NCBI GenBank assembly: GCA_965215195.1
Contig: CBDCDC010000002.1
Span: 3,232,001-3,296,000 of the forward strand
DNA from: Candidatus Latescibacterota bacterium
GTDB taxonomy: Bacteria > Latescibacterota > UBA2968 > UBA8231
Reading direction: 5' to 3'
Length of the DNA stretch: 64,000 nt
Part shown: in pieces, positions 31,660 through 41,908 of the stretch
Position numbering within the stretch: the first letter of the stretch is position 1
Layout: every line of letters starts with the position of its first letter
Translations under genes and position numbers: made by a program
The notes under the pieces: generated by a model
What the model saw: the letters and a program-made list of their open reading frames with translations, nothing else
The model's database searches: none
What the model was told of the DNA's origin: nothing

Positions 31660-31828
31660 TGGTGTTTTCGCCAGCGACAAAACCTCGGCTATTTTCTTAG
31701 GTCAATATATCCTTTGGCAACCATAATACCAATCATCCTCCACGCGCTCCCATGTCGCGGTCGCTTGGCATCTCGTGCCGGTCCGTTTTCGCCCGTAGGA
31801 CGAATCAACCCTAAATTCAATATATTTT

Positions 31829-34165
31829 ATGTCCGACAAAAACAATAGATCGTCCGTGTCGCCATTCTGCCTCTTGCCCTTAGCCCTGTGCCTGCTCGTG
31901 CCATTCAGTAGCCCCATTCGCGCCGAGCACCTCGTTATGACTTCGGCGGATATATGGGAACACTGGGTCTATCCCCCCGGCGTCCTGCGCCTAGATGAAG
32001 CAGGCTCGTTGCGGCCGGTGCGCATCGGCAAAGACATTGACCCGCTCTCTGAGGCTGCTGTTCGCCGGGCTGGAGCGGCGCAATCTACGGCTGCCCGCGC
32101 CTTTGACGGCGACCTCGCCACTAGCTGGAGTCCACCGCCGGGGACAGCTCCAAAGGACTGGTGGCTCGAGATCGACTTGGGACAGGTGTTCCCAGTCCAA
32201 CAGATTCGCCTGCGTTTTGCCGACAGCGCACCGCCTTTGCCCTTTTTTAACCTCTCGCTCTCCAAGGGCGAGCGCTTTATCAACAGCGCCAATGTCGTAG
32301 TCGAAGGCACCCTAATCTACAGCCACAGCAGGCGCTTCGCCTTCAACGAGATGCGCGACGTGACGATCGACCTCGACGACGAGCTCGTCCAAGTCCTCCG
32401 CATCGAGGCCACCCGCGAAATGATGGGTGCGCCCGCGCTCGCCGAAATCCAAATCAGGGCCTTTGGCGACAATATCGCCTTTGACCTGATTGCCAAAGGC
32501 GGCACCGTCGACGTCGAAGCCGCCATCGTCGCCGTGGCCGGCGTTCCTTCCGTCATGTTCGACGGCGACCTCTCGACCATGTGGCGCGTCAACCCCCTCG
32601 CCAAAGGCTCCAGCGGCGGCAGCGAGACCTTCGGCGACTACCGCATTGATCTAGGGGCCACCTACTGGATCGATTCGGTCTGGCTCTTGGGAGAGCCGCT
32701 GGGCATTCCGCCGCGGGTGAGGCATTACTACGCCAACTTCCTCTCCTATAAGATGCAGTACTCCGACGGTTCGCTGGCACCCGACGGCTCGCTGGCTTGG
32801 CAGGCGTTGGCCTCCATTCCCCCTGACCCTCGCAACTTCTTCGACGTGCGCAATTTTCGCCACGATGTTCCCCTAATCGCCGCCCGCTACCTGCGCTTGA
32901 TCTACCCCACTAGTCAAGGCGGCAACATCATCGGCGGCGGCCTGTCGGGCAGCGACTTTGACAACACGGGCCGCTTGGATGGGCTGGGTCTAGTCAGCGA
33001 GTTCCAAGTGTACGGCGAGGGGTATCCAGCCCACGTCGCGCTCCGCTCACCCGTCATTGACCTCGGGACCAATTGGAATATCACGGCAATTGAGTCGGCA
33101 ATTGACGCGCCACCCGGGGCCACATTCGCCTTGCGCAGCCGCACCGGCGACCGCGTCGTCGAGGAAATGCGCTATTTCGACAAAAATGGCAAAGAGATTA
33201 CCAAAAGGCGCTACGAAAAGCTGATCGCCTCGTTTCGCGGCCCCATTGAAACCACGCTCCAACCGGGCGATGGCTGGAGCGTGTGGAGCGAGGAATACCT
33301 CCATACGGGCACCCGCTTCCGCTCGCCTTCGCCCCGGCGCTACGTCCAGCTCAAAGCCGAGCTGCGCACCGACAATCCGCAGGCCGGCATTGCCCTCGCC
33401 GCGCTGAGCTTGATCTACTCCCGTCCTTTGGCGCACACCGCCGTTGGCGAAATCCACCCCGCGCGCGTTGAGCCGGGCGAGCAAACCGACTTCACGTACT
33501 TCCTCCGCCCAGAATTCGCCCGCGACAGCCAAGGCTTTGAGGCCATTGCCCTCGAAGCCTCGGTGCCCATTTCGTTCCGCGCCCTGCAAATCGACGGCGC
33601 GGCAGTCAACGCCGAGGTGGAAACGACGAATGCGGGCCTCCGCTTGCACTTGCCCAAGCGAATCGCGGCCGCCGAGCGCGTCGAGCTAGGTTTCGCGGCT
33701 ACCGTCTTCCAGAACAACACCCGCTTTCGCGCCTTCTTAGAGCGCACAAACGGGCCTGACACCCTGCGCCAGCAGGTCGACCCAGGCGACGCCGTCCCCG
33801 ATTTAGCGGGAGCCGGCGATGCGGTCTCGCTGCCCATTAACGAGAGCTTACTCGCACGCCTAGACATGGGCGCGGGAGTTTTTACTCCCAACGGCGACGG
33901 CGTCAACGACGCGCTCGCCATCTCTTTCGACGTGCTCAAGGTCCTAGACGCCCGCCCCATCAAAGCCCGCATCTACGACCTGCGCGGCCGGCTAGTCCGC
34001 ACGCTACGAGACGCCGCCGGCGTGGCCGGCCACTACCAGCTAACTTGGGACGGCCGCCGCGACGCCGGTGCTATGGCCCGGCCCGGCCTCTACCTCTTCC
34101 GCTTGCAGATCGCCGGCGACTCCGCCACCCGCACCTTAATCCGCAGCATCGGCCTGAGCTACTGA
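31829..34165 (+). CDS. Secreted discoidin-like/FlgD-Ig protein of the window's 'SPSPRR..Q / TPNGDGVND' paralogue family
   Basis: Signal peptide; AFDGDLATSW..WLEIDLG discoidin motif; SPSPRRYVQ; FTPNGDGVND; YDLRGRLVRTL; WDGR..GLY; ends in Tyr. Confidence 0.8.
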   Translation: MSDKNNRSSVSPFCLLPLALCLLVPFSSPIRAEHLVMTSADIWEHWVYPPGVLRLDEAGSLRPVRIGKDIDPLSEAAVRRAGAAQSTAARAFDGDLATSWSPPPGTAPKDWWLEIDLGQVFPVQQIRLRFADSAPPLPFFNLSLSKGERFINSANVVVEGTLIYSHSRRFAFNEMRDVTIDLDDELVQVLRIEATREMMGAPALAEIQIRAFGDNIAFDLIAKGGTVDVEAAIVAVAGVPSVMFDGDLSTMWRVNPLAKGSSGGSETFGDYRIDLGATYWIDSVWLLGEPLGIPPRVRHYYANFLSYKMQYSDGSLAPDGSLAWQALASIPPDPRNFFDVRNFRHDVPLIAARYLRLIYPTSQGGNIIGGGLSGSDFDNTGRLDGLGLVSEFQVYGEGYPAHVALRSPVIDLGTNWNITAIESAIDAPPGATFALRSRTGDRVVEEMRYFDKNGKEITKRRYEKLIASFRGPIETTLQPGDGWSVWSEEYLHTGTRFRSPSPRRYVQLKAELRTDNPQAGIALAALSLIYSRPLAHTAVGEIHPARVEPGEQTDFTYFLRPEFARDSQGFEAIALEASVPISFRALQIDGAAVNAEVETTNAGLRLHLPKRIAAAERVELGFAATVFQNNTRFRAFLERTNGPDTLRQQVDPGDAVPDLAGAGDAVSLPINESLLARLDMGAGVFTPNGDGVNDALAISFDVLKVLDARPIKARIYDLRGRLVRTLRDAAGVAGHYQLTWDGRRDAGAMARPGLYLFRLQIAGDSATRTLIRSIGLSY

Positions 34166-34311
34166 GCCGCTTCGCGTGGACGGGCCAAAAAAGACTACGG
34201 GCATTGTCTATCTAGCAAAAAGAACAGGGCTTCGTCTATATTGGCACGGCTGGGCCAGAAGCACTAAAAAGAGGTGATGCGAACCGATAAATCCGATTAC
34301 CTCAACCGTTG

Positions 34312-34974
34312 TTAGAAGTGAAAGAGCGCGATCAGACGCATGGAGGGAATGAGAAGGGAAAACGTGTTGTCCAAGACTTTTACGATTGTCGGCTCATCTC
34401 GTGGGGAGTTGGATAAGGCCGCAGTGCCAACATCTTCTTGTTTGAATTCAAGCGCGATACCCTGCCGAAGAGATAAGCTGACGCGCTGCCAAGGGAACCA
34501 TGCCACGCCGAAACCAAGACCCACGCCAGCAGACCAGTTTATTTTGCCTCTCTGTATAGGTTCGTCTCTTTGTGGAAATTTCAAATAGCTGAAATTCCCA
34601 TAGAGGGTCTGATACCAGAACGGGGCCACGGTCCTGCGCACTGGACTAAACCGCTTGATTGTCAGGGTAGGACGGAGACCGATTCTTAAGCGATCATCAA
34701 GAGGGTAATAGGTGACGCCATCGCGAACTTCAGGGGGACGAACTGGGCCGCTCACTCGCGAAGCACTAACGTGGGAAAAGTCCATCTCGAAACCCCACAT
34801 CGTCTTAGAGCGGACGCGCCAGATGCTTATGCCTTTAGAGCCGCTAGACGGAAGGGGCAGGCCGAGGGCAGTCTTGCCGCGGTCGCTCAGAGGGCCTTCT
34901 TCCTCAGCGACCGCGGTGTTGCAAAGCAGGGCAATCGATAGAAGGGCCGCTAGGGGATGAGGACGCGGGCGCAT
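34312..34974 (-). CDS. Putative small outer-membrane beta-barrel protein
   Basis: Signal peptide, amphipathic strands (GVGLGFGVAWFPWQRVSLS), C-terminal FHF. Confidence 0.6.
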   Translation of the reverse strand: MRPRPHPLAALLSIALLCNTAVAEEEGPLSDRGKTALGLPLPSSGSKGISIWRVRSKTMWGFEMDFSHVSASRVSGPVRPPEVRDGVTYYPLDDRLRIGLRPTLTIKRFSPVRRTVAPFWYQTLYGNFSYLKFPQRDEPIQRGKINWSAGVGLGFGVAWFPWQRVSLSLRQGIALEFKQEDVGTAALSNSPRDEPTIVKVLDNTFSLLIPSMRLIALFHF

Positions 34975-35166
34975 GGTGGATAATAGTATGAAACAGAGTA
35001 ATAATTGGTTATGCTGCCAAGTGTGTCAGTTGAGTCAGCGGTCGAAGAATAGTTTTCATGACACTCAGTAGCATCCTCTGCATTATCGTCACAGTTTGTT
35101 CAATGCCCGCGGCGTTGGGGCTTATATAAGGAATTTTTCCATGCAAAACAAAAAAATAGAGCTCAC

Positions 35167-35508
35167 CTAAAGGCGGGGGCGATCCTCGGCTTGGCCCAGC
35201 AGCCGCTCGCTAAACAGCGTCCGCGCCAAGGCGCGCACGTCCCGCTCACCTGCCCAATGGGTCTGCCCCACCGACACCAACACCACCTCAACCTCCCCAA
35301 GCACCACCCGATAGACGATGCGGAACCAGCCACCCGGCGGGCGCAGGCAGCGATAGCCCTTTAGTTCGCCGACCAAGGGCCAGCCCTGTTCCTCGGGGTC
35401 AATTGCCAGCCCGGTGATGTATTGGTCTACTTGCTCGGCGATCCGCCGGTTGAGCACGCCTTGCAGCGACTCTAAGGCACTCTGCGCCAAGACGGCTCTA
35501 AACGTCAT
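35167..35508 (-). CDS. RelE/ParE-family toxin
   Basis: L..DPE.QG.PL.GELKGYR.LR...FRIVYRV; ATG 35508 overlaps antitoxin TGA. Confidence 0.85.
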   Translation of the reverse strand: MTFRAVLAQSALESLQGVLNRRIAEQVDQYITGLAIDPEEQGWPLVGELKGYRCLRPPGGWFRIVYRVVLGEVEVVLVSVGQTHWAGERDVRALARTLFSERLLGQAEDRPRL

Positions 35509-35762
35509 TGTACCTCCCAAACGGTGCGCTCGCCCGCCTCGATCTGGCGGATGCCTTCGCGCAACGCGGCGCACTGGGCCTCGTCCCCGAGCACCTCTAA
35601 AGTTTCGACAATGCCCTCGTAAAGCGACCACGGCATCAGCGCGAGCACTGGCTGGCCGCGGCGCGTTACGGCGAGGGCACTCGCTTCCGGTTCGGCCGCG
35701 AAGCGATCGGGTAATTGATTCAGGATTTTGCGAGCTTGGGCAATGGGCATGGATTGGATCAT
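35505..35762 (-). CDS. Phd/YefM-family antitoxin
   Basis: MPIAQAR..L..L...AVTRRGQPVLALM...YEGIVETLEVL. Confidence 0.9.
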   Translation of the reverse strand: MIQSMPIAQARKILNQLPDRFAAEPEASALAVTRRGQPVLALMPWSLYEGIVETLEVLGDEAQCAALREGIRQIEAGERTVWEVQ

Positions 35763-35774
35763 ATTTCCTCTCTT

Positions 35775-35802
35775 GTACTGTATATGGTACTAAGATAAGT
35801 AC
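35775..35802. promoter_or_regulatory. Putative TA operator: three GTAC cores spaced 12 bp apart
   Basis: GTAC at 35775, 35787 and 35799, directly upstream of the antitoxin start. Confidence 0.6.
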
Positions 35803-36099
35803 TCTAAGTGGCGATTTGGATGGCCCATAATTGTAGCATATTTCCTTGAATTCGCAAGAGAGTGGAAATTGCCAATGAGTAAGCTGTTGATAATACTCTA
35901 TATATGCGAAGTTAAAAAAAGGCCCGTAATTATATGTACATCTAAAGAGACGAGAAAGCGTACTTTAATGCAAAGCTAAATTTTCAACTAGACGCGACGA
36001 GATACCGGCTGCGATTTGCTGCGGTGCGAGTCGCTTTTTTGGCTGCAATAATAGCGCCTTTACTTCCCCTTCCCTTTTCCCGCGCTTATATTTCCGCGC

Positions 36100-36975
36100 A
36101 TGTCCCACGGCGAATTCATCCGGCCCTTTCCCGCGCTCACCCCGGCCCAGCGCTATCACCTCGAAGTCTATGGCTATGTGGTGATTGAAAACGCGCTTGA
36201 GCAAGACCTGACGGATCGCCTGCTAGAGGCCATGCTCCGGCTCAAGCGCGATCTCCTGTCCGCTACAGACCCGGCCAAGGCCCGCGTCCGCAACTGCCGT
36301 CTCTCCGCCTATCGGCCTCACTACCTGCACTTTGCCCACATCCTCGAAGCCGATCCCGCGATCTTTTCCTACCTGACTCATCCGCGCTTAGTCGGCATGG
36401 CCGAGGAACTGGTCGGCGGCAGCGTGCGCCTCGAAGAATCCGAAGCCGTCGTCAACGAGCGAGATCCGGAGATTGACCTCGCCACCGCGCCGCGCTACGG
36501 CTTCCACACCGGCACCGCCCCAGACGTGGGCACGTACGTCGAAAACGGCCTCTACCACTGCACCTTTGTCAAAACCCTGACCAACCTCACCGAGCTAGGC
36601 CCGGACGACGGCGGCACTGTGGTCATCGCCGGCAGCCACAAAATCAAAAGCGACCGCGAGGCCATCATCGCCGCGGCCTACGAGGACCCCGCGCTGATCC
36701 ACCAAGTGGTCGCGCCGGCTGGATCAACTCTGCTCTTTGGCGAGGCCCTGATCCACGCCTCCGGCCAGCTCCGCTCCGACCGCGAGCGCGTCATCGTCAT
36801 CGGCGGCTATACCCCGCCCATGTTCCAAGCCTGGAATGGCCAAGAGCCGAGCGCTGAATTTATCGCCCAAACGCCCGACCCCCTCAAGCCGCTCATTTCC
36901 GGCAGCGACAAGTGGCACTGGCAGCAGCGCCGTCGCCGCCTCGGCGACTCGGCTGAGCTCGCCGACGCCTCGTGA
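36100..36975 (+). CDS. PhyH-family dioxygenase-like protein
   Basis: YGYVVIENAL, GFHTG, DGGTVVIAGSHK, AGSTLLF.EALIHAS. Confidence 0.82.
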   Translation: MSHGEFIRPFPALTPAQRYHLEVYGYVVIENALEQDLTDRLLEAMLRLKRDLLSATDPAKARVRNCRLSAYRPHYLHFAHILEADPAIFSYLTHPRLVGMAEELVGGSVRLEESEAVVNERDPEIDLATAPRYGFHTGTAPDVGTYVENGLYHCTFVKTLTNLTELGPDDGGTVVIAGSHKIKSDREAIIAAAYEDPALIHQVVAPAGSTLLFGEALIHASGQLRSDRERVIVIGGYTPPMFQAWNGQEPSAEFIAQTPDPLKPLISGSDKWHWQQRRRRLGDSAELADAS

Positions 36976-37970
36976 TCCAGCTAGCGCACCCATACCTATT
37001 GTTCCTCGGCGATGCTGCCGACCAGCTAGCCGCCAAAACGGCCGCTGGCATCGCTCACTGGCGGCCCGAACGGTGCCTCGGTCAGCTCCGCCTGCCCGAC
37101 TGCCACGCCGACCTCGGGTTGCCCGACCAGACCCTCGCCGAAGCCCGTGCCGCTGGTGCCCGCACCCTCATCATCGGCGTCGTCAATCGCGGCGGCACCA
37201 TCTCCGATCTCTGGCGCGAGACCCTCTTACAGGCCATTGACCTCGGCTACGACCTCGCCAGTGGCCTGCACGCGCACCTTGGCACCATCCCCGGCTTGGC
37301 CGACCGCGTGCGCGCAAAGGGCACTCGCCTCATAGATGCGCGCTTTTCCGACCGCGCTTTTCCCATTGCAACCGGCGTCAAACGCCCGGGCAAACGCCTG
37401 CTCACCGTTGGCACCGACTGCTCGGTCGGCAAGATGTTCACCGCGCTGGCCATCGAGCGCGAGATGCAGGCGCGGGGCATGGCCTGTACCTTCCGCGCCA
37501 CCGGCCAAACCGGCATCTTCATCGCCGGGACGGGCGTTGCCGTTGACGCCGTGGTTTCCGACTTTCTCGCTGGGGCCGTTGAGGTTCTGACCCCGGCCAA
37601 CCACCCCGAGCACTGGGACCTAGTCGAAGGCCAAGGGTCGCTGTTCCACGCCTCCTATGCCGGCGTGTCGCTGGGCCTCATGCACGGTGCCCAGCCCGAC
37701 GCGCTCGTCCTCTGCCACGATCCCAACCGCCCCCACATGCGCGGCCTGCCCGAATACCGGCTGCCCGATCTGCTCAACTGCATTCGCCTCAACGAGCAGT
37801 GCGGTCGGCTCACCAACCCGGCCTGCCGCACCGTTGGCATTGCGGTCAATACCTCGCACTTGCCGGAAAACCGCGCCTCCGAACTGCTCAGCGCCCTAGA
37901 ATGCCAAACTGGTCTGCCCGCAGTCGATCCCCTGCGCCAAGGGGCCGCGCGCTTGGTCGATGCCCTATGA
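36972..37970 (+). CDS. dgcN: D-glutamate N-acetyltransferase DgcN (DUF1611 family)
   Basis: PYLLFLGDA.D.LAAKTA.G...WRPE; VGTDCSVGKM; FRATGQTGI; VEGQGSLFH.S.AGV.LGL.HGAQPD. Confidence 0.88.
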   Translation: MIQLAHPYLLFLGDAADQLAAKTAAGIAHWRPERCLGQLRLPDCHADLGLPDQTLAEARAAGARTLIIGVVNRGGTISDLWRETLLQAIDLGYDLASGLHAHLGTIPGLADRVRAKGTRLIDARFSDRAFPIATGVKRPGKRLLTVGTDCSVGKMFTALAIEREMQARGMACTFRATGQTGIFIAGTGVAVDAVVSDFLAGAVEVLTPANHPEHWDLVEGQGSLFHASYAGVSLGLMHGAQPDALVLCHDPNRPHMRGLPEYRLPDLLNCIRLNEQCGRLTNPACRTVGIAVNTSHLPENRASELLSALECQTGLPAVDPLRQGAARLVDAL

Positions 37971-38947
37971 TCCGCTTCTCCATTCGCGGTGAACGCTTTC
38001 CCCTCGCCGAGACCTTCACCATCTCGCGCGGAGCCAAGACCACCGCCGCCGTCGTCGTCGTCGAGCTGAGCCGCGATGGCTGTGTTGGCCGCGGCGAGTG
38101 CGTCCCGTACCCCCGCTACAACGAAAGCGTAGCCGGGGCCATAGGTGCGCTAGAATCGCTGCGCCCACAGGTAGAAGCCGACCTCGACCGAGCAGCATTG
38201 CAACGCGCGCTGCCGCCCGGCGCAGCCCGCAATGCCTTGGACTGCGCCCTCTGGGACCTAAAAGCCAAACTCAGCGGCCGTCCGGTCTATGAGCTGGCCG
38301 GCCTAGCAGCGCCGCGCCCGCTAGCGACGGCCTACACCCTCTCGCTCAACGACCCAGAGGCCATGGGTCGGGCCGCTGCCCAGCACGCCGATCGCCCTCT
38401 GCTCAAGATCAAACTCGCCGGTCGCGACGACCTCGACCGCGTCGCCGCGATCCGCGCCAACGCCCCCGACTCAACTCTGATCGTCGATGCCAACGAAGGC
38501 TGGTCCCCCGCTCAAGTCGAGCCGCTCTCGGCTGCACTAGCTCGCTTGGGCGTCGCGCTCATCGAACAGCCCCTGCCCGCCGCCCAAGACGCCCTACTCG
38601 CCGAGTTCGAACACCCGATCCCCTTCTGCGCCGATGAATCCTGCCACACCGCCACCGATCTCGCGGAACTGGCCTCCCGCTACGAATGCGTCAACCTCAA
38701 GCTCGACAAGACCGGCGGCTTCAGCGAGGGCCTGCGCTTGGCAGCCGAGGCGCACACGTGCGGATTGGACCTGATGGTCGGCTGCATGATCGCCACTTCG
38801 CTGGCCATGGCACCGGCTGTCCTGTTGGCGCAACAAGCCCGTTTCGTCGATCTCGATGGCCCCTTGCTCCTACAAAAAGATCGGGAGCACGGGCTGCGCT
38901 ACGAAGGCAGCCTCCTCCATCCGCCCGATCCTCAACTCTGGGGATAG
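37967..38947 (+). CDS. dgcA: N-acetyl-D-Glu racemase DgcA / dipeptide epimerase (enolase superfamily)
   Basis: FTISRGAKT, GECVPYPRY.ES, GAARNALDCALWD, KIK, DANEGW, EQP, ADES, KLDKTGG, DLDGP; ATG 37967 overlaps dgcN stop. Confidence 0.88.
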   Translation: MIRFSIRGERFPLAETFTISRGAKTTAAVVVVELSRDGCVGRGECVPYPRYNESVAGAIGALESLRPQVEADLDRAALQRALPPGAARNALDCALWDLKAKLSGRPVYELAGLAAPRPLATAYTLSLNDPEAMGRAAAQHADRPLLKIKLAGRDDLDRVAAIRANAPDSTLIVDANEGWSPAQVEPLSAALARLGVALIEQPLPAAQDALLAEFEHPIPFCADESCHTATDLAELASRYECVNLKLDKTGGFSEGLRLAAEAHTCGLDLMVGCMIATSLAMAPAVLLAQQARFVDLDGPLLLQKDREHGLRYEGSLLHPPDPQLWG

Positions 38948-38999
38948 GCGACTCGCACGTCCGCAAACCTTGCTGGACGCAGGTTCCCCAACGAATCGG

Positions 39000-39953
39000 A
39001 TGAGCAACGCACTTCTATTGTTTGCCCAAGGGCTGGACGAGGCCGCCCTGCAACGCGCCGTACCGCCGCCCATCCGGCCACAGCAGATCGAGCCGTTGGC
39101 ATGGCGTGGCGACGAGTTCTCGTTTGACTTGCCTCCCGCAGCGCTGGAAGGCGCACTAGAAATCCTGCCGTGCCTCTCGGTCGTCCAAAGCGGCGCGTGG
39201 GGCTATCAGTTCGCAGTGGAATGCGAAAACAACCGGGCTGTCCTCAACCCGATCGGCTCGTTTGTCGGAGCCGAAGCGGGCGAGACAAACGAGGCGGTCG
39301 CAGCGGATATCGACCTCCTGCGCATCCGCACCCCTTTGCAAGCGGCCACCCTACACCTGCGCGTCCAAGGCGTTGTCCCCACAGCCCCGGCCTTGCTCTC
39401 GGTCTCGGTGCGCCGCAAGGGTGCCGTGCCCGCTCCGATGCTCGCCAGCCGAGGTACGGCCCTTGCGGTGCCGCCGCAAAGCCAGATGACTCTGCGGCCC
39501 GAGCTGGCTTCCCGCGTCTGCTCGCCGACCAGCGTCGCCATGCTCCTCGCGTACTACGGCCATAGCGCGGACATCTACGACGTGATTGCTGAGGCGCACC
39601 ACCAGCCCAGCGAGCTATATGGCGTGTGGCCGGCCAATATCCACGCCGCCGCCGGCCGGGGCCTCTTGGGCTATCTATTGCACTTTCCCTCTTGGGCGGC
39701 AGCGCACACCCTGCTCGACGCGGGCTTTCCCATTATTGCTTCGGTGCGCTACGAGGTGGGCGAGCTGAGCCGAGCGGCCATTGAGCGGACGGCTGGGCAC
39801 TTGCTGGTCGTGCGGGGTTGCGCCGGGGATACCGTACTGGTCAACGACCCGGCTGCTGCCACCGAGATCGGACGAGCGTACGACCTAGCGGAATTCTGCA
39901 AAATCTGGTTGGAGCGCAGCGCCGTGGGCTACGTGCTCTTTCCGCCGTTATAA
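39000..39953 (+). CDS. Peptidase C39-like (papain fold) protein
   Basis: SQM...CSPTS.AM.L.Y (catalytic Cys), GHLLVVRG (His), VLVNDP. Confidence 0.78.
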   Translation: MSNALLLFAQGLDEAALQRAVPPPIRPQQIEPLAWRGDEFSFDLPPAALEGALEILPCLSVVQSGAWGYQFAVECENNRAVLNPIGSFVGAEAGETNEAVAADIDLLRIRTPLQAATLHLRVQGVVPTAPALLSVSVRRKGAVPAPMLASRGTALAVPPQSQMTLRPELASRVCSPTSVAMLLAYYGHSADIYDVIAEAHHQPSELYGVWPANIHAAAGRGLLGYLLHFPSWAAAHTLLDAGFPIIASVRYEVGELSRAAIERTAGHLLVVRGCAGDTVLVNDPAAATEIGRAYDLAEFCKIWLERSAVGYVLFPPL

Positions 39954-39960
39954 ATGTATT

Positions 39961-40818
39961 ATGGACAAAGCGAACTTCACTTGCATCGTCTTCGGCGAGA
40001 TCCTCTACGACCGCTTCCCCGACCGCACCTGCTTGGGGGGTGCCTCCCTAAACTTCGCTTGGAACCTGCGCCAGCTCGGCTTTCCCGTGGCCATGGTCAG
40101 CGCGGTGGGGCGCGACGAACTAGGGCAGCAGGCGCGGGGCTTTCTCCGGCGCGCCGACATCGATCAGCAATGGGTCGCCGACCGGCCCGAGCCTACGGGC
40201 ACGGTCGATGTATTACTCAACGCTGGGCAGCCCTCCTACACCATCCGCGCTAGCGTAGCCTGGGACTATATCGAAACTAAGCCGGCGTTGAACCGGCCCC
40301 CTGACCTGATCTACTATGGCACGGCCGCGCAACGCAGCCCGGCCAATCGTCCGGGGCTAGAGCACTTGCTGGCAGCCAACCCCCGACATCGGTTTTTCGA
40401 CGTCAACCTGCGCGAGGGCTGCTATACGCCGCAGACCGTGCGCTTTGGTCTCGAAGCGGCGACCATTGTCAAGCTCAACGACGAGGAATGGGAGGCCGTG
40501 CGGGCCATGGCCGCGGTCGCCGCGCCCGCCGACTTGCTCGCCCGCTACGCGCTGGATTGCCTAACGATTACCTTTGGCGGCGACGGTGCCCAACTCCACA
40601 TTCCGGGCACTTCGTTCGCCGCACGGCCGGCACCCGCGTCCGTCGTCGATGCGGTCGGAGCTGGCGACGCTTTCAGCGGGGTTCTGGCCGCCAGCGCCCT
40701 GCTCGGCATTGACCCGCAACAGGCCCTCGACTTAGCTTGCGCCGCCGGTGCCAGCGCAGTGCAGCACCGAGGGGCCCACTGTCCGCTGCCCGAAGCCGTG
40801 AAGGCGGCGTTTGCCTAG
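39961..40818 (+). CDS. PfkB-family carbohydrate kinase (fructokinase-like)
   Basis: FGEILYD, GGASLN, SAVGRDELG, DVNLR, KLNDEE, DAVGAGDAF. Confidence 0.92.
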   Translation: MDKANFTCIVFGEILYDRFPDRTCLGGASLNFAWNLRQLGFPVAMVSAVGRDELGQQARGFLRRADIDQQWVADRPEPTGTVDVLLNAGQPSYTIRASVAWDYIETKPALNRPPDLIYYGTAAQRSPANRPGLEHLLAANPRHRFFDVNLREGCYTPQTVRFGLEAATIVKLNDEEWEAVRAMAAVAAPADLLARYALDCLTITFGGDGAQLHIPGTSFAARPAPASVVDAVGAGDAFSGVLAASALLGIDPQQALDLACAAGASAVQHRGAHCPLPEAVKAAFA

Positions 40819-40899
40819 AAGTCCCCATAGGGACAGCCCCGACGCTGGTCTAAACAACGGGCGACCACAAAACCACTTATCAGCGAAAGGCTTTGCGCC

Positions 40900-41844
40900 A
40901 TGCAGACTTCCATCCCCCTGTGCGACCCCCACTTCCACCTCTGGGATCTAGCCGAGCGGCCCAATCCCAACCTCGGTTCCGTCATGCCGGCGTACCGGGC
41001 GGCCGATTACGCCCAAGACATGAGCGAACTGCCCCCTGCATTGCGGCGAGTCAGCGGCGTCCACGTCGAAACCGTCGTCGGCCAAGTCGCTGGCGGCGTT
41101 CCCGTCGATACCGTAGAGGAAACCCGCTGGGTGCGCGACCAGCTCGAACCCACTGCGGCCAAACAGCCCTTTGGCATGGTCGCGTACGTGCATCTAAAGC
41201 GCGACATTGCCGCGGCCGAGCGCACCATTGAACAACATCTAGAGGCTGCTGGGGGCCGTCTGCGCGGCGTGCGCATGATCCTCAATCACCATCCCGACAA
41301 TCCCGACCTGACTTGGCCGCAGGTACAAGACGGCGTCTTGCAAAGCAGCCGCTTCCGCGCTGGCTTAGCCCTCCTAGAGCACCACAACCTCGCCTTCGAC
41401 CTCTCCTGCAATCCCCACCAAGTGGCCGACGCGGTCGCGCTTTTCCGCGACTTCCCCAACCTCCGCGTCGTCGTCAACCACCTCGGCTTCCTCCACGACG
41501 GCGAGGACCAAGCGCACGAGGACCTCTGGCGCGAAGGCATGGTTGCGCTGGCCGCATTGCCCAATGTCTATATGAAGCTGTCCATGGCGTGGTTTGCGCG
41601 GGACGCCTTCCACGAGGATGCCGCCAAAGAGGCCAAAATCGCCGCGGTCGTCCAAGAGCTAATCGAACGCTTTGGCTGTAGCCGCTGCATGTTTGCCAGC
41701 AACTATCCCGTCGATAAACTGCGGGGCATTAGCATCGGCTATCTCTACGCCAAGTTCCTCGAGTGGAGCACCGGCTTTTCGGACGACGAGCGCCGGGCGC
41801 TCTTCCACGACTCGGCACTCAGTGCCTATGGGCCGCTTGCGTAA
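40900..41844 (+). CDS. Amidohydrolase_2 family lactonase (L-fuconolactonase-like)
   Basis: DPHFHLWD, GVR..L, VVNHLG, NVYMKLS, FASNYPVD. Confidence 0.85.
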   Translation: MQTSIPLCDPHFHLWDLAERPNPNLGSVMPAYRAADYAQDMSELPPALRRVSGVHVETVVGQVAGGVPVDTVEETRWVRDQLEPTAAKQPFGMVAYVHLKRDIAAAERTIEQHLEAAGGRLRGVRMILNHHPDNPDLTWPQVQDGVLQSSRFRAGLALLEHHNLAFDLSCNPHQVADAVALFRDFPNLRVVVNHLGFLHDGEDQAHEDLWREGMVALAALPNVYMKLSMAWFARDAFHEDAAKEAKIAAVVQELIERFGCSRCMFASNYPVDKLRGISIGYLYAKFLEWSTGFSDDERRALFHDSALSAYGPLA

Positions 41845-41908
41845 TACGCGATGAGCCGTTATAAAAAAGACGAAGAGCGCAGCCGGCGTCTAGATGTCCG
41901 TCTTGAAC

